Shown: piece by piece, positions 8,414 through 19,557 of the stretch | How positions within the stretch are numbered: position 1 is the first letter of the stretch | How the letters are laid out: each line of letters begins with the position of its first letter | DNA from: Lachnospiraceae bacterium | GTDB lineage: Bacteria; Bacillota; Clostridia; Lachnospirales; Lachnospiraceae | Direction: 5' to 3' | DNA: 64,000 nucleotides | Assembly: GCA_014804655.1 (NCBI GenBank) | Contig: JAAUZK010000014.1 | Coordinates: 65,704 to 129,703, forward strand | Position numbers and translations under genes: made by a program | The notes under the pieces: generated by a model | Told to the model about the DNA's origin: nothing | Seen by the model: the letters and a program-made list of their open reading frames with translations, nothing else | The model's database searches: none

Positions 8414-11400
8414 ATGAGGAAACAGTTAAGACAGTATTTGCGAAGAAGTCTGTGCGGAGTCTTAAGTGCGGCAATGATATTGACGGGATCGGCAATTCCT
8501 GATTTGGCAGTGCAGGCGGTTCAGGCGAACGTGGAAGATTTCACAGAGACTGATGAGCAGATCAACGAGACACCGTCCGCAGAGACGAATGAGAATGATG
8601 AGATTGGAAATCCCGTTGCAGATAATGATGTTGCGGATGGAGTGGAGAACACCGATCAGGATGATTCCGGCCAGAAGGACGAGGAGATTTCGGACGAGCA
8701 AGGCGAGGATGGCTCTGTCGGCACTGAGGATGACGATGAGAAATTGGCTGATGATGAGGCAGACGCTGAAGACGGCGATGACATGCAGGATGATGAAGAA
8801 GAGGCTGAGAATGCGGCTGACTTCGAGAAAATTCTTAAAGGAGTTATGGCTGTCGGAGATGGGACAGAAGGCGAATATGGCACGCTGAGTAATGGGGATT
8901 TTGAGGGTGATTTTGAGCAAGTTGGTGAAGTTTGGGTACCGAAAGCGTGGAAGTTTAGCCCGGAGTTTACGGGGAGAGATGGGGGAGGTTTTGAGACTCA
9001 GACAATTGACAAGGAGAAGTATGGAGATAATTCGCTCTACATATACAAGGGGTCAGAAACCGACATATCTGTCAGTCAGGTAATTCCAAATATGGAACCT
9101 GGGGCATATATGGTGGTCTTGGATGCAGGTGGTGTGTATAGCAAAGATCAGATCACGCTGAAAGTAGAAAGCGTGGAACAAAAGGATGATAGTGATGAGG
9201 ATTATACGGATGTTCTTGCTGAACTTGCGACACAGAGTCTTGGTGAATGCGATGCTTGGGGAAAATGGAATGCGGTTGAAACAGGAATTTTTGAAGTAGA
9301 AGTTCCGGTTAACGAAACAGAAGTTAATGTTAAGATTACAATTTCCGGTAAGATAGGTATAGATAGTAAAGCAGAACAAATACATATTGATAATGTAGAG
9401 TTTGTCACCTATAAACTAGCAGATCTGCAGGAACTTCTCACATCTGTAGCTGATCTTGAGGAAGCTGATTACACAGCAGAGACTTGGACAACATTTGCCG
9501 AAAAGAAGGAAGCTGCACAGGATTTAGTGAATGACAGTGCAACAACCGATGAGGCAAAAGCACTCGAAATCATGCAGGCTTATTTGGCATTGGAAAAAGC
9601 CAAGGAAGAACTGAAATCATCGTCAACAGACGTTGAGGTAACTTTCTATTACTATGCTGGTGAAACAGATGATGAGATCGGATTGTATTACTGGGATAAT
9701 AGTGGAGAAAATAATATTTCCACAACGGCGGATCCCATTAAAGATTGGTACATCTGGAAAGCTGACGATACTTATAAGATGACCAAAGTAACGGGCTATG
9801 CGGGTTGGTACAGCATTCCGATTACGTTCAAGAACAGTGGAACTGGTGCAGGTTTTCAAGTCTATACGAAAGCTAACAGTGGAACGAATGATTGTGAATA
9901 TAAGTGTGATGAAACCGATAACAAGGAAGTCTATGCTGCTCTGACGTCCGGAGAAAACAAGACGGGTGCAGTTAAGAAAAAAATCGCATATATCGGAACT
10001 TATGATATTGGAAAAGCGGATACACAAGCAGATAAAGCAGCAATGATTATGAGAAATATCAAGCTGAACATTTACAGTGAAGAAATGATACCTGTAATTC
10101 AGCTGGATAATAGTTCAGCTGCTAAAAAATTATCTGTGGTAAATGAAGAGGACGGCAGCATTTCCGATCTCACTCCTTCGGGACAAGATAGCAACAATAA
10201 TAATGTCTATGAGATGCAGAAGTTAGAGGAGGAATCCTACTGGTATACCTTATCTTTTTCAGTACCAGGTGCAATAGGATTTGACAATGCAAAGATTGGT
10301 GGATTGTTTGAGAAGACAGACAAAGGATATGTATGGTCGAAGAATTTAATGAATGGAAAAGATGATGAATGGGGGTTTGATTTTACACCTGTCTTTGATG
10401 GCAAGACCTATTGCAAATATGAGCATGAAGGTGATACCGTCAAACTCACCTTCTATTCCACTATGGAAGAAGCAGAGTCAGTAACGCTCGCTCAACTCAA
10501 AGAACTTCTGGAATCAGAAGCATTCAAGAAGATTGAGAAAAAAGGCGAGACAGGTTATACGGAAGACTCATGGAAAGCCTTTAGCGAGGCTAAGACTGCA
10601 GCAACGAAAGTAGTAAGTGATAACGCTGACAAAGCTGATGACTTTGCAAGCACCGATATTACAACAGCATATAAGAACCTGAAAAGTGCAATGGATGCAA
10701 TGGTGTCTTTGAGTGTTGATGTGACATTCTATTATTATGCCGGTGATATGGAAGAGGAAGAAGAAATCGGATTGTATCACTGGGGAGCTGATATAACCTC
10801 AACGGCAGAGAACGCAAAGTGGACTGTGTGGGGAGCGGACGATACCTATTCAATGACCGCGGTAGAAGGATACGCGGGCTGGTACAGCATTCCGATCAGC
10901 TTTACGAATAACGGAAAAGATGCGGGTTTCCAGATTTTTAAGAAGTCTGTTGCACTTTCCGAGAACGATGCTGATAAGGTTGCGGAATATATTTGTGAAG
11001 CCTCGAAAGGCGATACGGAATTCTTTGCTAAAGTGATATCCGGAGATGATGATTCCTATGCAGTTAAAAACGGCGTGGGGTATGCGGGAAGTAGCGCGAC
11101 CGCTATCATGCGTCAGGTAACCTTGTATGTATATAATAATGTGAATACCCCATATCTGCATATGGGCAAAGCGACAGCGGACTCGCTCTCTGTAGTGGAC
11201 GAGACAACAGGAACACTGACTTCGCTTGAGGCAGCAAAAGTTACAGAGAGTGATGGGAAAGAGAATAATGCCTATGCACTCCAGCAGGATGAGACATATC
11301 AGAATTGGTATTACATCACATTTTCTGCACCGGGTAAATTCGAAGCTGATAGCGCAGAAAAAGTATGTAATTTATATGAAAAAGATAGTACAGACAGCTA

Positions 11401-14400
11401 TGTATGGGTCAAAGATTTCATGAATGGTCCGACCGGTAAGGATTGGGAGGTTGATTTTACTTCCGTCTTCGCCGGAATGAACTATTATAAAGACGGTAAA
11501 TTCTATGCGACGCTGGAGGAAGCAGATCCGGATGCTAATCTGACACTTCTGGATAAATTGCAGAACCTTGTAGACGAAGCTAAGAAACTCAAAAAAGATG
11601 ACTACAAGGAGACCGGCTGGAAAGAATTTACAGACGCACTGGTAGCAGCAGAGTCAGTATTGCAGGCAGCCAAAGTTGCTGAGACTGATGCGACCAAGAC
11701 TGCTCCCACAGAGGAAGAGATTAAGAAGGCTTATGATGACTTGAAGACAGCGATGGACGCTCTGGTTCCGGCATCTGTGCAGCAGGCCGAAATAAACGTG
11801 AAGAAGGTGGCGTTGACAGATGACTTTATTACTGGCGCGGATTTGTCATCTTATATCGCGTTGAAGGACAGCGGTGTCGTATTCAAAGACGAAAATGGCA
11901 AACCACTGAGTGATCAGGGATTCTTTAACTATCTCCATGACGGAGGTATGAACTATGTACGTATCCGTATCTGGAATGACCCGTATACAAGCAGCGGTAA
12001 TGGATACGGCGGCGGTAACAACGATCTGGAGAAAGCGATAAGACTCGGACAATTGGCAACCAATGCAAAGATGCGTGTCCTGATCGATTTCCACTATTCG
12101 GATTTCTGGGCGGACCCGAAAAAACAGAAAGCGCCGAAGGCATGGGCAGGATATAGCATTGATCAAAAAGAAAAGGCTGTTTACGACTTTACCTTAGATA
12201 GCTTAAATGCTTTAAGAAATGCCGGGGTTGACGTCGGTATGGTACAGGTCGGAAATGAGACGAATAACGGTATTGCCGGTGAGACAAACTGGGATAACAT
12301 GGCGAGACTCTTTAATGCTGGCAGCAAGGCGGTAAGGGAATTTGACAAAGAGTGTCTCGTGGCGGTTCACTTTACCGATCCGCAGAAAGGATACGGTGCG
12401 ATTGCGGAACGTTTGGATAAGTCGAATGTTGATTATGATGTATTTGCAAGTTCTTACTATCCTTTCGGGCATGGGGATGCCGCGAATTTGAAGGATGTAT
12501 TGAAATATGTTGTGGAGACATATGGTAAGAAAGTCATGGCAGCAGAGACTTCATGGCCTACCACATTGGTGGATGGCGACGGATATGGCACCGCTACACC
12601 GCCGACTGTACCGGAACAATATGAAAGCCAGAATTACGGCGTTTCTGTTCAGGGACAGGCGGATGAGATGTATGATCTTATCAAAGCAGTCAACGAAATT
12701 AATGATGATTATGCGGGCAGTTCACTCGGTGTATTCTATTGGGAGCCCGCATGGATATCACCGTATTACATTAAAGATGACGAAGGCAATGACATTGACA
12801 GCTTATACAAACAGAATTACGACTTGTGGGAGAAGTATGGTTCCGGATGGGCATCCAGCTATGCGGCGGAGTATGATCCCGATGATGCCGGGGTATGGTT
12901 CGGCGGTAGCGCAATGGACAATTCATCATGGTTTGATTTTGATGGCACGGCGCTTCCGACGGCTAAGATATACAGCCTGATCAGAACCGGCGCTGAGGCA
13001 GAGCGGAAGATTGCAAGTGTGGAAAGCAATCCTGTCATGAAGGTTGAGCTGGGTGAAGAGATTGATTGGGCCAATGTTAAAGTAAAGGCAAAATATAATG
13101 ATAGAACAGAGACAGAGCTTCCGGTTACGTGGGAAGAGAGCGAGACCGAATTGGTCAATACTTATAAAGCCGGGGAATATATCGTTCACGGTATCGTCTC
13201 TGAAGCGGGTAAGAATTACAACATCAAGCTGACGGTTCAGGTACTCAGGGATCCGGCTAACAATATCCTCGAGAATCCGGATTTTGAGAATAATTCAGTA
13301 AGTCCGTGGGTTGTTGATACACGATTGGGACATGGTGAGACAGAGGCAGATTCTGTAGTGAACGTGACGAAAGAGGATCCGCATAGCGGTACCTTAGGAC
13401 TGCATTTCTGGTCTAAGATCGGCTTGGATTTCACGGTATCGCAGACCGTAACACCGGAAGCCGGCACCTATACGTTCGGCAGTTATATCCAGGGCGGCGG
13501 CGCGGACAGCGAAGATGTTCAGTATTCTTTTGTAAAAGTAACAGATAAAGATGGAAAACTGAAATCCAATCTGAAAACAACATTTGCCTTAAACGGATGG
13601 AATAATTGGGTTAATCCGGAGATTACAGGCATAACCGTGGAAGCGGGAGATACCATGGAAGTCGGATTGATCATGAAGTCAACACAGGATGGCGCATGGG
13701 GTACCATGGATGATTTCTATCTGTATGGTACACATACGGTTTCCATAGCGGAGAATATCGAGCATGGTACTGTAGAGACAAATGTGGTGAAAGCTGACAG
13801 CGGTGATAAGATCACCGTAACGGTTACACCCGAGAGCGGATACTATCCGGCGAAGGTGATATTGTCCGGGGCAAGCATTACAGACAAGACACTGACAAGC
13901 AGTAACGGCAGTGTAACTTATGTGCCGGCAGCAGGGGAGACTACTAATCAGGCAGTTCTGACATATACTGAGAAGACGGCGGAAGTGAAGAGCGAAACTT
14001 TCACGATGCCTAAAGGTAATGTAATGGTCAGTGCTGAATTTGTGAGTGTCTTTGAAGCAGGGGCTGAGAAAATCAGTCTGGATGCTAAAGAGAACGGCAA
14101 GTATCTTGTAGAGGTAAATGCAGGAGAAAGCAAAGATTCCGCTGGTGAGGCACCTATTGCAGATCAGTTCTATACGGGTAAGGATATTAAGCCGGCGGTA
14201 CAACTGTCCTATAAAGGATATCAGTTGACAGCAGCGGATTATACCGTAAGCTATAGTATCAATAAAAATATGACCACAGCTGACAGTAAAGCGAAGATCA
14301 CACTGACGGCGAAGGGCGAGAAGTTTACAGGTACGAGAGAGATTCCCTTTGAAATTAAGGAGGATACAAGACAAGACTTTAATGCCAAAAAGTTAAAGGT

Positions 14401-16576
14401 TGTATTTGAGGCCTCCGACAAGAACGGCAGAACGGATAAGGCGGCACAGGCGGTATACTATCTGGGGACAGAAAAGGAGATTGAGCCTAAGATCAGCCTG
14501 TATAACGTAGCAGATGATATAGCCGATAAAACGAAAGCAATCGATCCGAGTATGTACGAGGTGTACTATCAGAACAACAGGAAAGTCGGTAAGGCAACGC
14601 TTGTAGTACTTCCGTCGGAGAAAGCACAGGGCATGACCGATGGTTACAAAGAGGGTTCGATCACGAGCACATTTACGATTGCCAAGTGTCCGATCAACCA
14701 GCGGGATGTGACAATTACGATGTCCGATAAGCTGAGTTACTATACCGGAAGGAAAGCGGAGCCTGCGGTGACTGTGACATATGGATACAAGGATCAGAAC
14801 GGAGAAGATCAGACTGTCACATTGGTAAAAGGAAGAGACTATACGGTTACCTATACCAATAACATGAATGCAAGCGTATATGAAGTGAAGGACGAACAGG
14901 GTAATACGACGGGGTATCAGGCAATTAATCCCAAGAAAGTGCCCACCGTCAAGATCACCGGTAAGGGTAACTTCGCAGGAGTGAGAACAACATATACTGT
15001 TGATGAGAAGGGTAAAGCGGGTACTGATAAGATTACGTTCGAGATATGTCCGAGAAGCATAACCAATACGACGATCACAGTAGCTGATCTGGCGGAAAGT
15101 GGGAAAGCGCAGGCACCTAAGATCACTGTCAAAGACGGTGGAAAGGCCGTAGCAGCAAACCAGTACGTGATCGAGAAAATCGTCAGAACACATGATGGAG
15201 AAAACAAAGCTCTTGATAAAGACGATATGGCTAATACGATCTACTCACGTGAGCCAGAAACAGGGACGCCTAAAGTAACAGAGGCAGGCACGTATCAGAT
15301 TACCATCGCGGGTAAGGAGAAATCCAACTATACGGATATCAGTAACGAACTTACATTTAAGGTGGTAACGAAGAATAATCTGATCGCAAATACTAAGATA
15401 ACGATAAGCGGTAAGTTCTATTATTCAGGAGATCAGGTTACTTTATCGACAAGTGGTGAGAATCCGAATCTGACAGTCAAAGCGGGTGTGGAGACATTGA
15501 CCGGATTTAAGTCGCGCAGCGAGGCAAAGAAGGATGGTGTAGAGCAAGATGGTTACTATGTAACCTACAGCAACAACGTCAGTGCCGGAAGGGCTACGAT
15601 CACTGTCAACGGTACAGGTAAATATGTAGGTGCGAAGACGTCCACATTTATGATCAATAAGAGGACGCTTGCAAAACAGGTCAGTGAGAGTGACAAGGAT
15701 AAGAAAGGCGCGATTCAGACACCTGAATTATCGGTTAAAGTTGCGAAAGAAAAATTAGATGGGGTATGGATTCCGGATGCTGCAGATGCAACAGATGATG
15801 CGAAGGGTGCGTTGATCAATTCGGATAAAGAAGAAAGTGGATCACTGGAGATTCCTTATACCGGCTACACCATTAATCCGGACTTTAAGTTCAACTCCGA
15901 TAATTATTATGATGGTCTGGAAGAAGGAACATCGAATGTTAAGGAAATAGCAACCGGTGATTATACTGTATCTTATAAAGTGGGTAAATGGGAGAATGGC
16001 AAAGCACCAGTCTCGGTTACTGTTAAAGGCAAGGGCAACTACAGCGGCAGTGTGAAATTTGATAATCTGTTTACGCTGACGGAAAGAGATTTTAGCGAGC
16101 TGAGTATTGAAGTTGCATCTGTAACATATAACGGTAAAGCATTAAAACCGGCAGTTACTTTCTATAACGAGGATGGTAAAGTTGTTGATTTGAAGCTTAA
16201 TACGGCATACACTGTGACTTATAAGAATAATAAGGAGGCAAATCAGAAGCCGGATAAGCAGCCTACAGTGACCGTTAAGCAGAAAGGAAAAGGCTGGGGA
16301 TCGGCGAGCGGTTCTATCACGAAGACATTTACCATCGAGCAGGCGGAGATCACCAGGGCGGATATCGAGGATGTGAAGTTCCAGACATTCCTGGGTAAAG
16401 CTCTGAAACCGAAGGTTACCGTCAAAGTGAACGGCAGGAAGCTGAAAGAAGGCAAGGATTATATGCTGGCTTACAGTAAAAATGTCAAACGCGGCGGCAC
16501 GGCAACAGTTACGATCACGGGTAAAGGCAATTACTTCACGAGACAGCCTATTGTGAAGAACTTTGTAATCAAATAA
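8414..16576 (+). CDS. Secreted multimodular GH53 endo-beta-1,4-galactanase (~2720 aa) with FIVAR-like, CBM-like and Ig-like repeats
   Basis: Signal peptide and acidic linker; GH53 motifs GADLSS, NYVRIRIWNDP, IDFHYSDFWADP, MVQVGNETN, MAAETSWP and FYWEPAW; C-terminal TITGKGNY-type repeats; RBS ggagg before ATG 8414. Confidence 0.92.
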   Translation: MRKQLRQYLRRSLCGVLSAAMILTGSAIPDLAVQAVQANVEDFTETDEQINETPSAETNENDEIGNPVADNDVADGVENTDQDDSGQKDEEISDEQGEDGSVGTEDDDEKLADDEADAEDGDDMQDDEEEAENAADFEKILKGVMAVGDGTEGEYGTLSNGDFEGDFEQVGEVWVPKAWKFSPEFTGRDGGGFETQTIDKEKYGDNSLYIYKGSETDISVSQVIPNMEPGAYMVVLDAGGVYSKDQITLKVESVEQKDDSDEDYTDVLAELATQSLGECDAWGKWNAVETGIFEVEVPVNETEVNVKITISGKIGIDSKAEQIHIDNVEFVTYKLADLQELLTSVADLEEADYTAETWTTFAEKKEAAQDLVNDSATTDEAKALEIMQAYLALEKAKEELKSSSTDVEVTFYYYAGETDDEIGLYYWDNSGENNISTTADPIKDWYIWKADDTYKMTKVTGYAGWYSIPITFKNSGTGAGFQVYTKANSGTNDCEYKCDETDNKEVYAALTSGENKTGAVKKKIAYIGTYDIGKADTQADKAAMIMRNIKLNIYSEEMIPVIQLDNSSAAKKLSVVNEEDGSISDLTPSGQDSNNNNVYEMQKLEEESYWYTLSFSVPGAIGFDNAKIGGLFEKTDKGYVWSKNLMNGKDDEWGFDFTPVFDGKTYCKYEHEGDTVKLTFYSTMEEAESVTLAQLKELLESEAFKKIEKKGETGYTEDSWKAFSEAKTAATKVVSDNADKADDFASTDITTAYKNLKSAMDAMVSLSVDVTFYYYAGDMEEEEEIGLYHWGADITSTAENAKWTVWGADDTYSMTAVEGYAGWYSIPISFTNNGKDAGFQIFKKSVALSENDADKVAEYICEASKGDTEFFAKVISGDDDSYAVKNGVGYAGSSATAIMRQVTLYVYNNVNTPYLHMGKATADSLSVVDETTGTLTSLEAAKVTESDGKENNAYALQQDETYQNWYYITFSAPGKFEADSAEKVCNLYEKDSTDSYVWVKDFMNGPTGKDWEVDFTSVFAGMNYYKDGKFYATLEEADPDANLTLLDKLQNLVDEAKKLKKDDYKETGWKEFTDALVAAESVLQAAKVAETDATKTAPTEEEIKKAYDDLKTAMDALVPASVQQAEINVKKVALTDDFITGADLSSYIALKDSGVVFKDENGKPLSDQGFFNYLHDGGMNYVRIRIWNDPYTSSGNGYGGGNNDLEKAIRLGQLATNAKMRVLIDFHYSDFWADPKKQKAPKAWAGYSIDQKEKAVYDFTLDSLNALRNAGVDVGMVQVGNETNNGIAGETNWDNMARLFNAGSKAVREFDKECLVAVHFTDPQKGYGAIAERLDKSNVDYDVFASSYYPFGHGDAANLKDVLKYVVETYGKKVMAAETSWPTTLVDGDGYGTATPPTVPEQYESQNYGVSVQGQADEMYDLIKAVNEINDDYAGSSLGVFYWEPAWISPYYIKDDEGNDIDSLYKQNYDLWEKYGSGWASSYAAEYDPDDAGVWFGGSAMDNSSWFDFDGTALPTAKIYSLIRTGAEAERKIASVESNPVMKVELGEEIDWANVKVKAKYNDRTETELPVTWEESETELVNTYKAGEYIVHGIVSEAGKNYNIKLTVQVLRDPANNILENPDFENNSVSPWVVDTRLGHGETEADSVVNVTKEDPHSGTLGLHFWSKIGLDFTVSQTVTPEAGTYTFGSYIQGGGADSEDVQYSFVKVTDKDGKLKSNLKTTFALNGWNNWVNPEITGITVEAGDTMEVGLIMKSTQDGAWGTMDDFYLYGTHTVSIAENIEHGTVETNVVKADSGDKITVTVTPESGYYPAKVILSGASITDKTLTSSNGSVTYVPAAGETTNQAVLTYTEKTAEVKSETFTMPKGNVMVSAEFVSVFEAGAEKISLDAKENGKYLVEVNAGESKDSAGEAPIADQFYTGKDIKPAVQLSYKGYQLTAADYTVSYSINKNMTTADSKAKITLTAKGEKFTGTREIPFEIKEDTRQDFNAKKLKVVFEASDKNGRTDKAAQAVYYLGTEKEIEPKISLYNVADDIADKTKAIDPSMYEVYYQNNRKVGKATLVVLPSEKAQGMTDGYKEGSITSTFTIAKCPINQRDVTITMSDKLSYYTGRKAEPAVTVTYGYKDQNGEDQTVTLVKGRDYTVTYTNNMNASVYEVKDEQGNTTGYQAINPKKVPTVKITGKGNFAGVRTTYTVDEKGKAGTDKITFEICPRSITNTTITVADLAESGKAQAPKITVKDGGKAVAANQYVIEKIVRTHDGENKALDKDDMANTIYSREPETGTPKVTEAGTYQITIAGKEKSNYTDISNELTFKVVTKNNLIANTKITISGKFYYSGDQVTLSTSGENPNLTVKAGVETLTGFKSRSEAKKDGVEQDGYYVTYSNNVSAGRATITVNGTGKYVGAKTSTFMINKRTLAKQVSESDKDKKGAIQTPELSVKVAKEKLDGVWIPDAADATDDAKGALINSDKEESGSLEIPYTGYTINPDFKFNSDNYYDGLEEGTSNVKEIATGDYTVSYKVGKWENGKAPVSVTVKGKGNYSGSVKFDNLFTLTERDFSELSIEVASVTYNGKALKPAVTFYNEDGKVVDLKLNTAYTVTYKNNKEANQKPDKQPTVTVKQKGKGWGSASGSITKTFTIEQAEITRADIEDVKFQTFLGKALKPKVTVKVNGRKLKEGKDYMLAYSKNVKRGGTATVTITGKGNYFTRQPIVKNFVIK

Positions 16577-16622
16577 ATAAGTGATATGCACATGAGTCAG
16601 TACTTAGAGGTGCATAGTTTGG

Positions 16623-16654
16623 AGAGGGACAGAAGATTATCTTCTGTCTCTCTT
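16623..16654 (+). terminator. Hairpin terminator after the GH53 gene
   Basis: agagggacagaagat/atcttctgtctctct inverted repeat. Confidence 0.7.
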
Positions 16655-16718
16655 CGCGTATGATAGTTTGTCAAAAAGTAAGGTTAAAGTTTGTCTATAT
16701 TGAAATCTTTACTTTATA

Positions 16719-16747
16719 TTGTACTTGTTTTGACGGAGTGGTATAAT
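16719..16747 (+). promoter_or_regulatory. SigA promoter with extended -10
   Basis: TTGTAC-N17-TATAAT with TG at 16739-16740. Confidence 0.65.
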
Positions 16748-16820
16748 AGACATGATACTGAAAGCGACTGTCGGCGCCTCTGCATAATGCAGAGCCGTGC
16801 AAGAAAAGAGGAAAAATCAT

Positions 16821-18548
16821 ATGAAAAGAGAAAAAACCAGAAAGATGGGAATCCGGAATAAAATCGTGCTGCCGACAACGGCATTGATTACTATATTATG
16901 TCTCGTCATGGGTGTGAATTCTTATAAGCGCACGGAGAATGGGTTGATTGCAATGGGAGTGGAGGAAGCGCGAATGGCGGCTGTGATCTCCACGAAGGTC
17001 ATTGATACGGAGAAACTGGCCGTACTGGAACCGGGATCTGAAGACAGTGCAGAGTACGCAGACATTCTTGCGGCGATGACGGATGTCAGAGAGGAATGCG
17101 GTATTCAATATCTGTATACATTATATACCGACGGCAGACAAGTGTATTATGGAATCGACACAGATAATGCACAGAGTCGCAGCGAATTCGGGAAAGTTTT
17201 TGAAGTATCTTATCAGGAACTGCAGGGAGTCTTTCAGGGGGAGGAATATGTACAAGATTATATTGATTCGACGGAAGACGGAGAGCTGATTTCGGCATAT
17301 ATGCCGATTTGGGATGACAGTGGAGCGGTTGTGGGAGTTGTGGGATGTGACTATGATGCTTCCGGCGTCGTACAGCGGTTGAATGATATTCTTAAGCAGA
17401 CAGTAGCCATTACCGTGATTTGTCTGATCGTTGCGCTGGCGATTATCAATCTCATTGTAGGGAGGATCATCAGGAGTCTGCATACGGTAGACGGTAAGAT
17501 ATATGAGTTGGTGAATAATGAGGGAGATCTTACGCAGAGGCTGGAGATACATACTGGCGATGAGATGGAACTGATCGCAGAGAATGTAAATGCGCTTTTA
17601 GGATACATAAGAAACATTATGATCAATATTTCAGACAATTCTGACCGGCTCAATGAGTCTTCAAGTGCGATAGCGGAGAACCTGTCTATGGCGGGAGAGA
17701 GCATAACGAATGTCTCCGCAACAATGGAGGAGATGAGCGCGGCTATGGAAGAATCCAGCGCATCGTTGGATCAGGTCAATGATTCGATTGGAACGGTATT
17801 TGGTTCCATCGAGGAGATTTATCGACAGGCTGAGGATGGAAGCCGTTCTTCTAATGAGATCATGAGCAATGCGTCAGAGGTATATCAGAGCGCCGTGGAG
17901 AACAGACGCGATGCGGAAGCGCAGGCGGCGGATATGGCGGCGGCAGTCCAGAATAAGATCGAGAAATCCAAGGAAGTGGAGCAAATTCGGGACCTTACGA
18001 AGAATATTATCAGTATTACATCAGAAACAAACCTATTGGCATTAAACGCCAGCATCGAGGCGGCCCGGGCAGGAGAATCCGGCAGAGGTTTTGCAGTGGT
18101 AGCTGATCAGATCGGAAAGCTGGCGACGAATTCGGCCGACGCAGCAACAGAGATTCAGAAGGTGACGGCGGAAGTGATCGCGGCAGTGGATGAACTGGCG
18201 GCAGAAGCGGAAGTAATGATCAACTTTATGAACGAGACTGCTATGGGCGGCTATGAGCAGCTTCTTAAGACCAGTGAGAATTACCGGAGTGATGTGGGCA
18301 GCATGAATGAGATGATGCAGAGATTTGCGTCAGAGAGCGAAGAATTGCGGCACAGTATGGATCTGATCAGAGAATCGGTAGAGGGTATCAAGACAGCGGT
18401 GAACGAGAGCGCAATAGGGATCAGCAATGTGTCGGATACAGTGGTCGGTTTAACAGAAAGTGTCAGCGATATCGATAAACAGGCGGATTCTAATCTGGGA
18501 GTTTCCGGACTGCTAAGGAGTGAGGTAAGCAAATTTAAATTGCATTGA
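16821..18548 (+). CDS. Methyl-accepting chemotaxis protein (TM-Cache-like-TM-HAMP-MCP)
   Basis: Two TMs; GDLTQRL…DEM HAMP; [30 protein letters not shown]. Confidence 0.95.
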   Translation: MKREKTRKMGIRNKIVLPTTALITILCLVMGVNSYKRTENGLIAMGVEEARMAAVISTKVIDTEKLAVLEPGSEDSAEYADILAAMTDVREECGIQYLYTLYTDGRQVYYGIDTDNAQSRSEFGKVFEVSYQELQGVFQGEEYVQDYIDSTEDGELISAYMPIWDDSGAVVGVVGCDYDASGVVQRLNDILKQTVAITVICLIVALAIINLIVGRIIRSLHTVDGKIYELVNNEGDLTQRLEIHTGDEMELIAENVNALLGYIRNIMINISDNSDRLNESSSAIAENLSMAGESITNVSATMEEMSAAMEESSASLDQVNDSIGTVFGSIEEIYRQAEDGSRSSNEIMSNASEVYQSAVENRRDAEAQAADMAAAVQNKIEKSKEVEQIRDLTKNIISITSETNLLALNASIEAARAGESGRGFAVVADQIGKLATNSADAATEIQKVTAEVIAAVDELAAEAEVMINFMNETAMGGYEQLLKTSENYRSDVGSMNEMMQRFASESEELRHSMDLIRESVEGIKTAVNESAIGISNVSDTVVGLTESVSDIDKQADSNLGVSGLLRSEVSKFKLH

Positions 18549-18716
18549 GGCAGAAAAGCGCGATAAGATTCTTTCTTATTGTGCTTTTTTGTGTTAGAAT
18601 AGTAATGCACCCGATAAGAAGAGGTGGTGCACAGAGAAACTTCGGCTTGACAAAGCCTTACATATCTGGTAGGTTTGTGGTCGGTAACCGAAAGAAAACA
18701 GAGGATAACAGGCTAT

Positions 18717-19382
18717 ATGGAATATAAGAAAATCAATGACGCGACGGTACAGTGTATTGTCACAGCGGAAGATATGCTTGAATATGGGCTGACTCTGTCA
18801 GACATATTCGAGAGAAATGAAAAGGGCGAGGGATTTTTGCGGGATATTATTGAGCGCGCGCATGATGAAGTGGGGTATACGTTAAACGGAGAGAGTATTG
18901 CCATGCAGATCACGCCGCTGCAGGATAAGGGACTCGCAGTCACTTTTACAAATGAGAGCCCTATGGGTTTCCGGGATATTCTGCAGCACTTGAAGGAAGT
19001 CCTGCAGGGAGTCAGTGCAGAGCTTGGCAGACAGGATGAAGAGGAACGCCGTGCTGCGGGGCAGAAGAAACAGGAAGAATATGAGGATAGCAGGCGGATG
19101 TTTGTGTTTGCCACGCTTCATCAGGCCATGCAGTATACTGCGTCCATTCCGAAGAATCTGTCTGTAAAGAGCCACCTTTATAAAGAGGGAGAAGCGTATT
19201 ACCTTGTGATGGAGAAGAATCGGTTGTCTTACAAGATGTTTAATAAGATCAGTGCGCAGGCAGTGGAGTTCGGTAACCTGATTGCGGTTTCCGAAGAGAG
19301 AATGCTGTACTTAGAAGAGCATGGTGAGTGTCTGATCGCAGACCGGGCGGTAAGCAAACTTCGTAAGATATATCTGGCGTAA
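18717..19382 (+). CDS. mecA: Adaptor protein MecA
   Basis: MEYKKINDATVQCIVTAEDM N-terminus; C-terminal SHLYK…YYL…LEEHGECLIADRAV. Confidence 0.85.
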   Translation: MEYKKINDATVQCIVTAEDMLEYGLTLSDIFERNEKGEGFLRDIIERAHDEVGYTLNGESIAMQITPLQDKGLAVTFTNESPMGFRDILQHLKEVLQGVSAELGRQDEEERRAAGQKKQEEYEDSRRMFVFATLHQAMQYTASIPKNLSVKSHLYKEGEAYYLVMEKNRLSYKMFNKISAQAVEFGNLIAVSEERMLYLEEHGECLIADRAVSKLRKIYLA

Positions 19383-19417
19383 GCATATCAATAGCATAGC
19401 AGTACTGTGATAATGTG

Positions 19418-19456
19418 TGCTGTCATATCCTTGGCGATCGCAGGGATATGGCAGCA
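19418..19456 (+). terminator. Hairpin after mecA
   Basis: tgctgtcatatcct…gggatatggcagca. Confidence 0.6.
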
Positions 19457-19557
19457 ATTATCATGTTCGGAACAGACGGATTTGTTGAAAAAAAGAGAAA
19501 ACCCTACCATAATGGCAGAATTTGTATAAATTATATGAAATTAAGAATGGAGTATGT

